Virus record (IMG/VR): IMGVR_UViG_3300033067_000818
Coordinates: 1-25,072 of that record
Source of the DNA: a virus
Taxonomy: Duplodnaviria; Caudoviricetes
Direction: 5' to 3' (one strand)
DNA: 25,072 nt
Positions 8,059 through 17,516 of the stretch are shown piece by piece; positions within the stretch are counted from its first letter, which is position 1; the number at the start of each line of letters is the position of its first letter. Made by a program: the position numbers and the translations under genes. The notes under the pieces are model-generated. The model was not told where the DNA came from, did not search any database, and saw nothing but the letters and a program-made list of their open reading frames with translations.

Positions 8059-8654
8059 CCGAGTCTCACGTGCCCGGCTTTGACGTCGCTCACGCTCTGC
8101 GCGTTCTGCATGCTCACCGGCGGTGGACCCACGGGGCCCATGGCGCTCGGCAACACCATCGCGTTGAAGATCGTAGCGTTGCCGTCGATCGTGGCTTTGA
8201 GTTTCTCAAGCTCTTGTTTCACGAGCGCAGCGATCGCGCCGAGCAGGCTGTCAGGCAGATCTTTCCCGCCCACGCTGAACTTGCGATCGCCGGTGTCGAT
8301 GTAGGGATCGGTGTCGCGCAGCATGAGAACGTTGCCGTGACCGTCGTACAACACGACGTCGCCCTTGTTCTCGAGCTTCGGCGCGTCTGGGTCGCGATGG
8401 CCGATGATGATGCGATTTCCCGCGTGCGCGCCTTGCACCGCAACGATGCTAGTCACGCCGTCCTTGGCTCGCGACTTGAGCCCGTACGGGTGCATGACGG
8501 GGCGCGCCGGGATCGTCGTCATCGCCGAATAGAGCTTGTCGATGCCCTCGCGCCCTTTGTCGTCAGCGTCTTTCGACTGCCCCGTCAGGATCGCCGTGAC
8601 CTGCTTGCCGACTTCGGTGCGGATGATGTCGATCACTTCGGCGCGCGAGATCAT
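8055..8654 (-). CDS. Baseplate central spike protein, Mu gp45-like
   Basis: HPYGLKSR, GNRIIIGHRD, KLENKGDVVLYDGHGNVLML motifs; follows the hub gene. Confidence 0.85.
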   Translation of the reverse strand: MISRAEVIDIIRTEVGKQVTAILTGQSKDADDKGREGIDKLYSAMTTIPARPVMHPYGLKSRAKDGVTSIVAVQGAHAGNRIIIGHRDPDAPKLENKGDVVLYDGHGNVLMLRDTDPYIDTGDRKFSVGGKDLPDSLLGAIAALVKQELEKLKATIDGNATIFNAMVLPSAMGPVGPPPVSMQNAQSVSDVKAGHVRLG

Positions 8655-9877
8655 GGAGCCTCGGCATCGGCGACGATCGTGCCGAGTTTGCAGAAGTGCA
8701 ACGAAGTGCTTTGGCCGCCGCCCTCGTCCATCATGTAGTCCACCGCGTAACAGTACATGTTTTCATCGATCTGGGCGCGGTCGTTGAAAATGTGCGCGAC
8801 GGTGTCGGCGGTGTAGGCGATCCCGCTGTCGTTGCAGTGCCCAGGCACGAGCACTTCCACATCGAGCTCGCCCACGTTCGCGCGCGCAATCATGCGTTTG
8901 ACGTAGGCGTTGACGTATCCCGATGCATCGTTACGAAGCGTGTTCAACGCAACGCCGTCGCTCTGCACGTTGCTCGTCGGCACGCTCACGACGACCGTTT
9001 TGTTGATGATGTGACCAGCCTTGCGCAGCGCCGTGCAGCGCGTCGCCGGGTTCTGGATCACGCCAGTCGCAAAGGCATCCTGCGCGAGCTCTCCGCCGCT
9101 CCAAATGCCGAGCACGCCGTTGGGAATACGCCCGGCGTTTTTGTTCACCTGCATGTAAATCACGTTGCTCTTGCCGTCCTTCTTCCGCACGAAGAACTGG
9201 CCAAGGTTCGCAGGCTGCGCAAAGTTCGGTTTCCCGCACACGATCGTGCCGTCTGACTCGGTCCACACCAGGGCGTTGAGCGGCTCGAGGAAACGCAAAA
9301 GCGCGCTGAGCTTCGACTCGCCTGGCGAGTAGGCGAGCAGCTGCCGCACGTCCTGAATCCCCTGCAGGCGCACGTTGTCGCCGTTGATGCGCGTTTGCTT
9401 GGCAAGCTCGCGGATCACGCTCTTGAGAGAGACGTTTTCGCCGTACTCCATTTTAGGCTTGCCGCTGCCATCCTCGAAGGTGACCGCGTCCTGATCCTCG
9501 AACTGGCCGAGCAGATCGCGCCCGTTGATCGTGAACGTTTCGCTTTCGCGCGCCGAGCGCAGGCCGATCGAGTCGACGATCCCCGTCGCGATCATGGTGT
9601 CGTCGGTGTCGTCGCCTTGGTGCACGGTCACAACGTCGCCTTCGCGGATCAGATCATCGATCGCTGGCGAGCCCGGGTTGTCTGGCTTCGACGGCGGCTG
9701 AAACGAGAACGAAAACGCATCGACGGGCACGAGCATCGATTGCGAAAAGCGATAGCTCTTGAACGCCGCGGTTTTGTAAACTTCGTACGAGTTGTTGGGC
9801 GAGTCGTAGCGCTGCACTTGCACGCGCATCGGCTGAAAGCGACCCTTCTTCTGCAGCTGCGAGACGGCGATCGTCAT
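8651..9877 (-). CDS. Baseplate hub protein, Mu gp44 (gpP)-like
   Basis: Start reassigned to ATG 9877 (ATGA overlap); DAFSFSF, INGRDLLGQFED, SPGES, LVWTESDGTIV, GGQSTSLHF motifs. Confidence 0.85.
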   Translation of the reverse strand: MTIAVSQLQKKGRFQPMRVQVQRYDSPNNSYEVYKTAAFKSYRFSQSMLVPVDAFSFSFQPPSKPDNPGSPAIDDLIREGDVVTVHQGDDTDDTMIATGIVDSIGLRSARESETFTINGRDLLGQFEDQDAVTFEDGSGKPKMEYGENVSLKSVIRELAKQTRINGDNVRLQGIQDVRQLLAYSPGESKLSALLRFLEPLNALVWTESDGTIVCGKPNFAQPANLGQFFVRKKDGKSNVIYMQVNKNAGRIPNGVLGIWSGGELAQDAFATGVIQNPATRCTALRKAGHIINKTVVVSVPTSNVQSDGVALNTLRNDASGYVNAYVKRMIARANVGELDVEVLVPGHCNDSGIAYTADTVAHIFNDRAQIDENMYCYAVDYMMDEGGGQSTSLHFCKLGTIVADAEAP

Positions 9878-11232
9878 GACACTGGCACCTTCAAAACGGT
9901 GCCGGCGGGGATGTAGTTCACGCTTTCGAGCCATTGGTTGAGCAGCTCGATGTCGCTTGAGCTGTTCGGGCTGATGCCGTTTTCAAACGCCACTTCTCGG
10001 ATGCTCATCAGGCGCGGCGTCGTATAGTTGATGATGCGCGTCTGCGAGCTCTGCAGTCCTTGCTCGAGCACTTCCTGCGCAGCGATCACACTTTGCTTAA
10101 GCGAAAGGATCCCCTCGTACATGTCGAGCACGATCCCATTCGTCTTGAAGTCGTCGAGAATCTCTTGCACCTGTCCGCGAAGCACGCTGCAGCGCTTGGT
10201 GAGATCCTGCGCGGCGAGCGCTTGCCGTGCGACGTCGCTCAGCAGCTCTTTCGGCACGCTAGCGAGCGGGTCGTTGGCAGCGACGACAGTGCGAAAGCGC
10301 GTGCCCACTTGCACGAACCCGCCGGGCAGCGTCGCCGTGCCGCCGGTGCCTGCAGTGACGGCAGTGCTCGCGCGAGCTCGCGACGACGCTGGCGCCGCGA
10401 GTCCGCCCGCGCTCACGGGCACGATGCCGGGCAGCGAGCTCACGGCGCCGGCAACGCCGAAGGTGGAGTTGCAGTCGACGAGAAACGAACGAAACGTCTG
10501 CGTGTACTCGTTGATCTTGGCGATGATCTGGCGAGCGACCGAGCGCGCGATCGTACCGATGGCGCCGAGCAATTGGATCATTGCGCTGATCGCGTTCAGG
10601 ATCGCGAGCGCCTTCGCCAGCTTGGTCGTGAACGTGTCGATCAGCTTTCCGAAGCTCAGCGCGCTGAAGTTCGTTTCACGCAGCGTGATCCGCAGCATGG
10701 CCGCGTTCGTGCGATCGTGGCTGTGCTCGATCTCGTACGTGTCAAGCTTGCACTCGACCTCGCCGCGCACGGGATGCAAAAGCGTGCCGCTCGTGGGCTG
10801 CTGCAGCACGGTCAAGATCTTGTTCAGGCCGTTGCGGTACGTGAGCCCGTACACGATAATCTCAAGCGAGAAGTGCTCGCCCTTGCGGCCGAGATCTTCC
10901 TGCGTCTCGCCGTCTTCGTACAGCAGCTCGATCGACTGGCTGCGGCGGCCGCCACTGTCGCGAATGCTCGGCATCGACGCCTGATAGTTGTTTCGCGCGT
11001 CGGCGCGCTTGCTGACGAAGATGTTGAACAACACTGGGGTAGGCGGGAGGCTCTTGTTGTAGCGCGACGGTGTGTAGGAGCACTCGACGATATTCCATTC
11101 GCTCTGATCGCGTGAGAACGAGGCGAAGAGCTGCGCGAGCGCCGGCGACGCGGCGCCCGAGAGCTCGCCGCCGAGCTTCTGCGACGTGATGCGTGCAAAG
11201 TCGATCGGCCTGTTGATGTCGTACTTGCTCAT
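9874..11232 (-). CDS. Mu gpN-like DNA circularisation N-terminal domain protein with C-terminal LysM/tail-X-like motif
   Basis: EDLGRKGEHFSL...GTLLHPVRGEVECK...RITLRET; C-terminal IELLNQWLESVNYIPAGTVLKVP; follows tape measure. Confidence 0.85.
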   Translation of the reverse strand: MSKYDINRPIDFARITSQKLGGELSGAASPALAQLFASFSRDQSEWNIVECSYTPSRYNKSLPPTPVLFNIFVSKRADARNNYQASMPSIRDSGGRRSQSIELLYEDGETQEDLGRKGEHFSLEIIVYGLTYRNGLNKILTVLQQPTSGTLLHPVRGEVECKLDTYEIEHSHDRTNAAMLRITLRETNFSALSFGKLIDTFTTKLAKALAILNAISAMIQLLGAIGTIARSVARQIIAKINEYTQTFRSFLVDCNSTFGVAGAVSSLPGIVPVSAGGLAAPASSRARASTAVTAGTGGTATLPGGFVQVGTRFRTVVAANDPLASVPKELLSDVARQALAAQDLTKRCSVLRGQVQEILDDFKTNGIVLDMYEGILSLKQSVIAAQEVLEQGLQSSQTRIINYTTPRLMSIREVAFENGISPNSSSDIELLNQWLESVNYIPAGTVLKVPVS

Positions 11233-13040
11233 TGACCGCTACCCCGATCTCCAAGCGGCACCTGCTTAGGGTTCTTCCGCCCGGGTTGTTTCGCCTGCTG
11301 CTCCATTGCGCGGCGCACTTCGTTGATCGCCTGCGCATTAGCTTCGTGCGCTTGCTTGATCCCTTTCCAGTCGACGCCGGCGAGCCCTGCGGTGATGTCG
11401 CTCAGCCACTGCTGCGCCTCGCTCACCTTCTGCGTGATGTAGTTGCCTTCGACGCCGGTCTTATCGCTCTTGCCGTACGTGTACGCATTCAGCGCTTCAA
11501 CGGTGACCGTGCCAGCGGTGAGCCCCACGCCAACGGCGCCGAGCATCATCGACGCGGCGCCTAGGAAATTCTTGCCGCTGCTCGCACCGCCGCCGCCGAT
11601 CCCGGGGATGCCGCCGCCCATCGCACCGCCGATCTGCGAGTAGTTCACGACATACACCGGGATCGTTTTCTGCCCGGTGATCGCTTCCGCCGCTGCGCCC
11701 GCTGCCAGGCTTGAGCCAAGAGCCGAGCCCGCGCCGCCCTTGCCAAAGAGCTTGCTCGCGCTCGAGAGCCCGCCAGCGAGCCCCAGGAATCCCACGCCGG
11801 CGAGAAGTCCTGCGTGCTCTTTGAGCGGCGAGAAGTCGCCGTTGCTGATTTTCTTGGCGATGTCCGTCGCGCCGTTCGTGACCTTGGCGAGCGGCTCGGC
11901 TGCCATGCCTTTCACGCGGTTGAATCCGCCTTGTACCGCTTCGCCGAACCCAAGCGAGTCGTCATACGCTTCGCCGAGCGTGCGGCGGTTCTTCTGCGCG
12001 CGCTTCTGCGCTGCCTCGATCTTGTCGAGATTCTGCATGAGGCGCACGGCGCCCTTTGCGCCCGCTTCGTCGACGCCGAACGTCCGCATAGCGTCCTCTT
12101 TCGAGAAGCCAATGCGCCCAGTCGCGCCGGGCAGGAACTTGCGCAGATAGTCGATATTGAGCCCGTTTTCGCCGAACGCTTTGCCGAGCCCCTGCGCTGC
12201 TGCAGGCAGGCGACCGAGCGCGCTTTGATTGTTGTACGACTTGAAAAAATCCATCGCGCCCGGGCTATTCGCCTCGGCGAGCGCCATGCCTGCATAGGCC
12301 TTCGGCTCGAAGGCGCGATACTTGTCGGATGCCTGCCCGTGAAAAAAGTCTTTCATCTCGGCGAGCGCCTGCGTTGCGCTCTTGCCGGTGTTCTGCATCG
12401 TGCTCAGCGTCGAATTGATGACCTGCTGCATCTGTCCGCGGTCGTTCACGTCGCCGCCGCGCTCGGTGATGACACCGGCGATGCCCTTGGCGATCGCGCC
12501 CTCTTGCCCGCGCTCTTTGCCCACGCCGGCGAGAAGGCCTGCAGCTGCGGCGTAGTCCTGCAGCGCATCCTTGCTGCGCACCTGCGTCTCGCCGAGCCCC
12601 TCAAAGGCGTTGGCGGCTGCGTCGGTGTCGAGCTTGAGCGCGCCCATGCGCTTGCTCACCTCGGTTTGAAATTGCACGAAGTCGGCGCCGGTGAGTCCGA
12701 GCGTGTTGCCCACGCGCCGTAGCGTGTCGTTCAATCGCTGGGCGCCCGTTACGGCCGTTTTCAGCTCGTGGCCTAGGCGATCCCCTAGCTTGAGCGCTCC
12801 GGCCTTCGCCAGGCCTTCAAATGAGCCGCGAATCTCGTCCGCCGCGCGCCGCGCGAAGTCTTTGAGATCCTCAAGAAACTTCTGCGTCTTCTTCGTGTTG
12901 TCGCGCAGCTTGTTCTCGACTGCCTTGCCAGTGTCCGCCATCGACTCTTGGACGTCGACGCCGGCCTTTTCGACCTGACGCAGCGCTTTGATCACGTCGT
13001 CGAGCTCGGCGCGTGATGTGATGATTACGGTGTTGCTCAA
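11229..13040 (-). CDS. Tail tape measure protein
   Basis: 603 aa, helical and Ala/Gly-rich with hydrophobic C-terminal segments and IPVYVVN; TTG start behind AAAGGGGA; between chaperone and gpN-like genes. Confidence 0.88.
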   Translation of the reverse strand: MSNTVIITSRAELDDVIKALRQVEKAGVDVQESMADTGKAVENKLRDNTKKTQKFLEDLKDFARRAADEIRGSFEGLAKAGALKLGDRLGHELKTAVTGAQRLNDTLRRVGNTLGLTGADFVQFQTEVSKRMGALKLDTDAAANAFEGLGETQVRSKDALQDYAAAAGLLAGVGKERGQEGAIAKGIAGVITERGGDVNDRGQMQQVINSTLSTMQNTGKSATQALAEMKDFFHGQASDKYRAFEPKAYAGMALAEANSPGAMDFFKSYNNQSALGRLPAAAQGLGKAFGENGLNIDYLRKFLPGATGRIGFSKEDAMRTFGVDEAGAKGAVRLMQNLDKIEAAQKRAQKNRRTLGEAYDDSLGFGEAVQGGFNRVKGMAAEPLAKVTNGATDIAKKISNGDFSPLKEHAGLLAGVGFLGLAGGLSSASKLFGKGGAGSALGSSLAAGAAAEAITGQKTIPVYVVNYSQIGGAMGGGIPGIGGGGASSGKNFLGAASMMLGAVGVGLTAGTVTVEALNAYTYGKSDKTGVEGNYITQKVSEAQQWLSDITAGLAGVDWKGIKQAHEANAQAINEVRRAMEQQAKQPGRKNPKQVPLGDRGSGQ

Positions 13041-13629
13041 GCTCGATCCCCTTTCGTGATGCTTCTACGGCCGCTGGCGATCTCTTGGACCGCCCACCAC
13101 GTCACTTGTCCGCTGGTGAATCTGCGCTGGTCACCAAAAAGCGGACAAGTTGATCCAAATGCGCCCGCGATAATGTCGTCGGCAGTGGCTGGGCGTTTTT
13201 TTTTACCCACTCGACGAGCGCCTGCAGCTTCTCAGTGCTCAGCTCTTCGATCGCCGGGTTAACCCGCTCGCACCCGTCGCGGTACTGCTCGAAGAGCGCG
13301 AGCAGCTCGGCCACGGTGAAGCGGTCGATCGTGCCGCGCGAAAGCGGGCCCTCGATCTTGCTGTCGAACGGGATGCGCGATGCGCGCTGCAGCGTGTGAA
13401 GCGCGATGAGATACGCTTCGTGCACGTTCGTCTTGAGCTCGGCTTTGACCGTCGAGAAGTCGCGCGCGACGTCGCTGGCCACCTGCAGCGTCTCGGATAC
13501 GCTCAGCGGGCGCACGGGCACGACGAAGTCGCGCACGCGGATCTGGAAGGTGTAGTCCACGCCCAAACGCATAGCGGCGAGAACGGCATTGGTGTCGGAG
13601 TAGGACGGCGTGATGGTGGGATCTTGCAT
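13037..13629 (-). CDS. Tail assembly chaperone -1 frameshift product (gpGT-like, 197 aa)
   Basis: After GTA AAA AAA the -1 frame reads KRPATADDIIAGAFGSTCPLFGDQRRFTSGQVTWWAVQEIASGRRSITKGDRA to TGA 13037-13039, overlapping the tape measure TTG. Confidence 0.75.
13102..13629 (-). CDS. Tail assembly chaperone (gpG-like, unshifted product, 175 aa)
   Basis: Between tube and tape measure; VRPLSVSE motif; slippery A9 run near the 3' end. Confidence 0.8.
   Translation of the reverse strand: MQDPTITPSYSDTNAVLAAMRLGVDYTFQIRVRDFVVPVRPLSVSETLQVASDVARDFSTVKAELKTNVHEAYLIALHTLQRASRIPFDSKIEGPLSRGTIDRFTVAELLALFEQYRDGCERVNPAIEELSTEKLQALVEWVKKNAQPLPTTLSRAHLDQLVRFLVTSADSPADK
13195..13204 (-). other. Programmed -1 ribosomal frameshift slippery site (A AAA AAA / A AAA AAC)
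   Basis: Nine A's on the coding strand (T 13196-13204 on +) in correct X XXY YYZ phase at the canonical chaperone position. Confidence 0.8.
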
Positions 13630-13643
13630 GCCGCCACCTTACG

Positions 13644-14066
13644 TCAGGCGAGCGCGATGTCCAAAGTTGCGGCTGCCAGGCCGATCGGATCTTTGTAGTC
13701 GAGCGCACCGAAGTTGAACGTGCTTTGCACTTCGTTGCCTACGCCGCTGCCGTTGTCGTCGTTGTCGACGAGAAAGCAGTCCAGATAGGTGAGCTGCTCG
13801 GCGCCGAAGATCGCAGTCAGCGCAACGGTGTTCGTCTCGTAGTCGATCGCGTCGAACTTCGGACGCGCGACTTGGTTTTGCACCGCGATCTGAACCGTCA
13901 GGCTGATGTCGAGATTTCCCGACGTGAAGCCTTTGTTGCGACGGTTGCGCGTCATCGACTGCACCGCCTTGCGGTTGAAGTTGTGGCGCACTTGGACGCT
14001 CTGAACGTCGATCATCTCGAAACCGTTCACCGAGATGAAAATGCGATCTGCATACATTTGGCTCAT
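13644..14066 (-). CDS. Tail tube protein
   Basis: 140 aa, beta-rich, immediately after sheath; SD AAAAGGAG. Confidence 0.82.
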   Translation of the reverse strand: MSQMYADRIFISVNGFEMIDVQSVQVRHNFNRKAVQSMTRNRRNKGFTSGNLDISLTVQIAVQNQVARPKFDAIDYETNTVALTAIFGAEQLTYLDCFLVDNDDNGSGVGNEVQSTFNFGALDYKDPIGLAAATLDIALA

Positions 14067-14093
14067 GGCTCAGCTCTCCTTTTGCTCTCGGTG

Positions 14094-15302
14094 TTAGACC
14101 ACGATGACGTCGAACTGCGTGACCGCTTCCACGCGGCCGAGCAGTCTGTGCAGGCCCGGGATCACGTTCACCGGCGTGTAGTACTCGAACGCGCTGCGGT
14201 CGCTCGAGCTGCGTTGCACCTTGAAGAACGGCGCCAGCTTGTCGACGGCTTGGAACATCTCTTCGCTCTCGAACTCGGCCGCCATGCGGAGGAGCTCTGC
14301 GAGCGCGGCTTGGCGCTTCTTCTCGCTCGCCTTCACGTTCTTGAAGTCCGGTTGCGAGAAGCGCGTGTAGACCGTTTTGCGCCACAGGTAGAGCACCTGG
14401 AAGTCTTGCACGTCGATGTAGCTGTTCAGCACCGGCGAGCCCGTGCCGTCCGCGCTGAGTCGAGCGGTGATCGTGCGCACGAATGCGACGTCACCACTAG
14501 GCAGCACGCGCAGCGGCTGCCAGCCCTTCTGCAGCACCGTCTCGCTTTCGAGCGTGTCGCCCACCGAGTACCAGTCCGAGATCTTCACCGGCGCGGTGAC
14601 GTTCGCGATCGCGACGTCGTCAAGCGGGTTGAACGGCGCAAGGTTGCTCGCCATGCGCGCTGCCGCCGCCGCCGCGAGCTCGCCCACGCTGTACGGCTGC
14701 GCGCTGCCGCCGGCGCCCGTGTCACGCATGGTGACGAGCGAAAGGAACTGCGAGTCAGCCGTGGGCAGCGTGCTCGGGTCGGCGACGCTGATGTTGGCCG
14801 CGACGCCGATGGTGCCGAATTGATTGTTGCTCACGCGAGCGGCTGCGCTCATGTCCGCCGCTGCCGTCTTGAGCTTCGTGCGCGGCGTCGAGCTGTTGCC
14901 GTCGTAGCAGCTCACGAGGAACTCGGCCTTTTGCGTCTTGGCGGCAACGAGCGCTTCGTCAGCCGCACCGAAGCCGGTGTCGGCGAAGAGCAGGTTGACG
15001 CACTTGAGGCGCGGGAACACCGAGCCGCCGGCGTTCGCCTTGATCGCGGCGAGTACCATCTTGCTCAGCTCGGATGCCACGCCGAAGTAGCCTTCGGCCT
15101 CCGTCTTCGCTGCCGTCGCGTCGCCGCTGTTGTTGATCACCTTCGCCGAGTACGCGGCGACGGAACCCGAGCTCGATCCGGATGCGACGTGCCCAATGAG
15201 CAGCACTTCCTGATTGCTGTCGGGCTCGGTCGTGTCCGGTCCTAGAACGACTTCGAGCGGTCGGCCAGGGGTGCGTGCGGTGCCAATGCCAGTAAGTCCC
15301 AT
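14094..15302 (-). CDS. Contractile tail sheath protein, Mu gpL-like, compact
   Basis: N-terminal RTPG, VLLIGH, AEGYFGVASELSKM; C-terminal LQKGWQPL...VAFVRTIT, YIDVQ, PVNVIPGLH. Confidence 0.9.
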   Translation of the reverse strand: MGLTGIGTARTPGRPLEVVLGPDTTEPDSNQEVLLIGHVASGSSSGSVAAYSAKVINNSGDATAAKTEAEGYFGVASELSKMVLAAIKANAGGSVFPRLKCVNLLFADTGFGAADEALVAAKTQKAEFLVSCYDGNSSTPRTKLKTAAADMSAAARVSNNQFGTIGVAANISVADPSTLPTADSQFLSLVTMRDTGAGGSAQPYSVGELAAAAAARMASNLAPFNPLDDVAIANVTAPVKISDWYSVGDTLESETVLQKGWQPLRVLPSGDVAFVRTITARLSADGTGSPVLNSYIDVQDFQVLYLWRKTVYTRFSQPDFKNVKASEKKRQAALAELLRMAAEFESEEMFQAVDKLAPFFKVQRSSSDRSAFEYYTPVNVIPGLHRLLGRVEAVTQFDVIVV

Positions 15303-15305
15303 GGG

Positions 15306-16010
15306 TCAGTCCTCCGTGGTCGTCGATTGCTCGAGACCGATCTCCACTTCGTTGTTTGCTTGCGCGGCGAGATCTGCGTTGGACGCATCGTCGCGCACCG
15401 CGCCGATCTTGCCGATGAACGTTGCAAGGTTCGCGAGCGTGCGCTCAAAGGGCTCGTCCTTCGTGCGCGCGTCTTCTTCGAGCCATCGATCCCACGCGCT
15501 CAGATCGATCCGAAAATCGATCACGACTTGAGTGAGCGGGACAAAATTCTGATCGCTGATCTCGAACATCGCCGACTTGTCGACGCGCATCACCTTGCCC
15601 AGCACGTTCAGCCCGTGCACGGTTGCGAGCACGTTGCGGAAGAACGTGGGCCGGCGAAATTGCTGGATCAACGCTGCCGTGACCATGTCAGGCAGCAGCT
15701 GCAGCTCGTCGCGACGCATCGACGCTGGCCAGATGAGATCGGCGATGAGCTCGCCTTCGATGTACCAGCTCTCGGCCGTCTTCGCGTACGTGTTGTTGTA
15801 CACGCGCAGCGCGGGCAGATTCCGAACCGCGTAGTCCATGCGCATGTAGTGATCGATGAACTCACCGAACACGAGCGAGAACGCAGGAACTTTGACGAGC
15901 TCGGCACACACCGTTTTCGTCAGGAACTCAGTGGGCCCGTCAAGAAAAGGGTTCGCGTCGAGCGCTTCGAGCTTCTCTTGGATGCCCTGCGGTAGCGTCT
16001 TGTTTGTCAT
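15306..16010 (-). CDS. Probable tail terminator / neck protein (Mu gp37 position)
   Basis: Between virion morphogenesis and sheath genes; NLPALRVY motif; assignment mostly positional. Confidence 0.6.
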   Translation of the reverse strand: MTNKTLPQGIQEKLEALDANPFLDGPTEFLTKTVCAELVKVPAFSLVFGEFIDHYMRMDYAVRNLPALRVYNNTYAKTAESWYIEGELIADLIWPASMRRDELQLLPDMVTAALIQQFRRPTFFRNVLATVHGLNVLGKVMRVDKSAMFEISDQNFVPLTQVVIDFRIDLSAWDRWLEEDARTKDEPFERTLANLATFIGKIGAVRDDASNADLAAQANNEVEIGLEQSTTTED

Positions 16011-16600
16011 TGGTTCAGCACCTCAGCGAGTTTGTTGCTGAGCGCTTTGCCGATCTCGGCCACGTCGCGCGTGGTGAGGTAGTCGAAACGACGCGCGGGG
16101 ATCTTCACGCTCTTGCGGAAGATCACGCGCTCTTTGGCGCCGGTCGTTCTGTTGACCTGCGTGACGCCGCCCTTGCGAGCGTCCTTGGCTTCCGCTGTGG
16201 CGCGTTTGCCGGCGGGGAGGGGGATGCGCAGCACCTTGCCATCTTTCGCGCGCAGAACGCCGCCAGGCAGCCCCGTCGTGCCGTAGTTCATCATCGCGGC
16301 GTAGATGAGCGACGATCCGACTTGCACCGTGCTGCCGTTGAAACGCACGATTCCGCCCGGGCCCGGCGTGCCATTGGCGCCGAGCGACTTGCGCAGGTTG
16401 CCACGAGCGGCGAGCGTTTGACCGTTGCGGAACAAAGGCGCCGGCCAAGCGACACCGCCGTTACGACGTCCGCCGCTGTCGAAGAGCAACCCGCGATTCG
16501 TCTGGATCTGCGCAGCCGTGAAAAGCATCAGCTCGCGCCGTGCCTTCTCGAACTTGCCGACGAGCTTAGGAAACACGCATGCAATGTTGATCCCGCTCAT
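16007..16600 (-). CDS. Phage virion morphogenesis / tail completion protein (Mu gpG / P2 gpS family)
   Basis: WPAP, TLAARGNLRKSL, VQVGSSLIYAAMMNYG, VKIPARRF motifs. Confidence 0.88.
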   Translation of the reverse strand: MSGINIACVFPKLVGKFEKARRELMLFTAAQIQTNRGLLFDSGGRRNGGVAWPAPLFRNGQTLAARGNLRKSLGANGTPGPGGIVRFNGSTVQVGSSLIYAAMMNYGTTGLPGGVLRAKDGKVLRIPLPAGKRATAEAKDARKGGVTQVNRTTGAKERVIFRKSVKIPARRFDYLTTRDVAEIGKALSNKLAEVLNQ

Positions 16601-17178
16601 GGGTCGAAGGTCCCATTCCAGATCGTTTCGCTCGGGTCGTTGATCTGCTTGCCCGGATAATCGCCGTCGCCGCCGTCCTGTGCAGTGACATGCACTGCGC
16701 CAAGAAAGCCCGTGTCGCCGAGTGCGTTGTGCGCAGCGAGCCGCAGGCCTGGCAGCGGTGGGCGGCGAAATTGCTGCGTGCCGCCTTCGACGCCTTTGCG
16801 ACGCTCGACGAGTGAAGCGACGTCGTCTTTGTAGCGCTTCTCGACGGCGCTCTTATACTTGTCGCCGTCCGTCGCCGTGCCGCTGCCAAAGTCCGTTTCG
16901 AGCACGCGCACGACGATGGCGAGGCGGATCGCCTGCGTGATCGCGCGACGCGTGGGGAACTCGGGAAGCTTCGAGAAGTCGCTGCCGTCGATGCACTGCA
17001 GGGGCACCATGTAGCGCTCGGACACGTCGACCTCGAATTGGCTTTCAGCCTCATCGATCAACTGCTCGAGCAGCGCGCGGGGCATCTTATCGGGCTCGCC
17101 CTCGGGATCGTCCGTCAGCCGAACTTTCCCGCCGAGCCGCGCCTCAATGTCCGCGGTTTTGATGCCGTAGCGACCCAT
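16597..17178 (-). CDS. Head-tail connector, Mu gp36 (DUF1320)-like
   Basis: YGIKTADIEARLG, LEQLIDEAESQFEVDVSERYMVPL, EKRYKDD motifs. Confidence 0.8.
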   Translation of the reverse strand: MGRYGIKTADIEARLGGKVRLTDDPEGEPDKMPRALLEQLIDEAESQFEVDVSERYMVPLQCIDGSDFSKLPEFPTRRAITQAIRLAIVVRVLETDFGSGTATDGDKYKSAVEKRYKDDVASLVERRKGVEGGTQQFRRPPLPGLRLAAHNALGDTGFLGAVHVTAQDGGDGDYPGKQINDPSETIWNGTFDP

Positions 17179-17186
17179 CGTCTAGC

Positions 17187-17504
17187 TCAGCCCACCACGG
17201 TGCAACGTTGGAAGGTTTCCGGGCGCTCGTCGGCGCCGCCCTCGCGCAGGCCCACGAAGGCGTACGTGTTGCTGTACTTCTTCGTGAAAAGCGCGGCGAC
17301 TTCCGGGGTGACGTCCGCCGTCTCGCCAGGGTTCAGGAACGCGCCGTCAGGCAGTTGAGTCGGACGGTGCGCGAGCAGCTTGACGAGCTTCTGCGCTGGC
17401 GCTGCAGGAGGCGCCGGCGGCGTCTGCTGCTGCGGTGCGGGCTCTTGATCGAGCTTCGTGCGTTGCGGGTCTTGGGTCAGGTTGCTTTTCTTCGGCGCTT
17501 CCAT
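17187..17504 (-). CDS. Hypothetical protein after major capsid (105 aa; Pro/Gln-rich N-terminus)
   Basis: Start reassigned to ATG 17504 behind AAGGAG; small domain LPDGAFLNPGETADVTPEVAALF resembles small post-capsid phage proteins. Confidence 0.7.
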   Translation of the reverse strand: MEAPKKSNLTQDPQRTKLDQEPAPQQQTPPAPPAAPAQKLVKLLAHRPTQLPDGAFLNPGETADVTPEVAALFTKKYSNTYAFVGLREGGADERPETFQRCTVVG

Positions 17505-17516
17505 TTGAGGCTCCTT

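Noticed and set aside
5176-15302. Stand-alone contractile injection system or tailocin
   Set aside because: Capsid, decoration, protease/scaffold and neck genes are contiguous with the tail genes.
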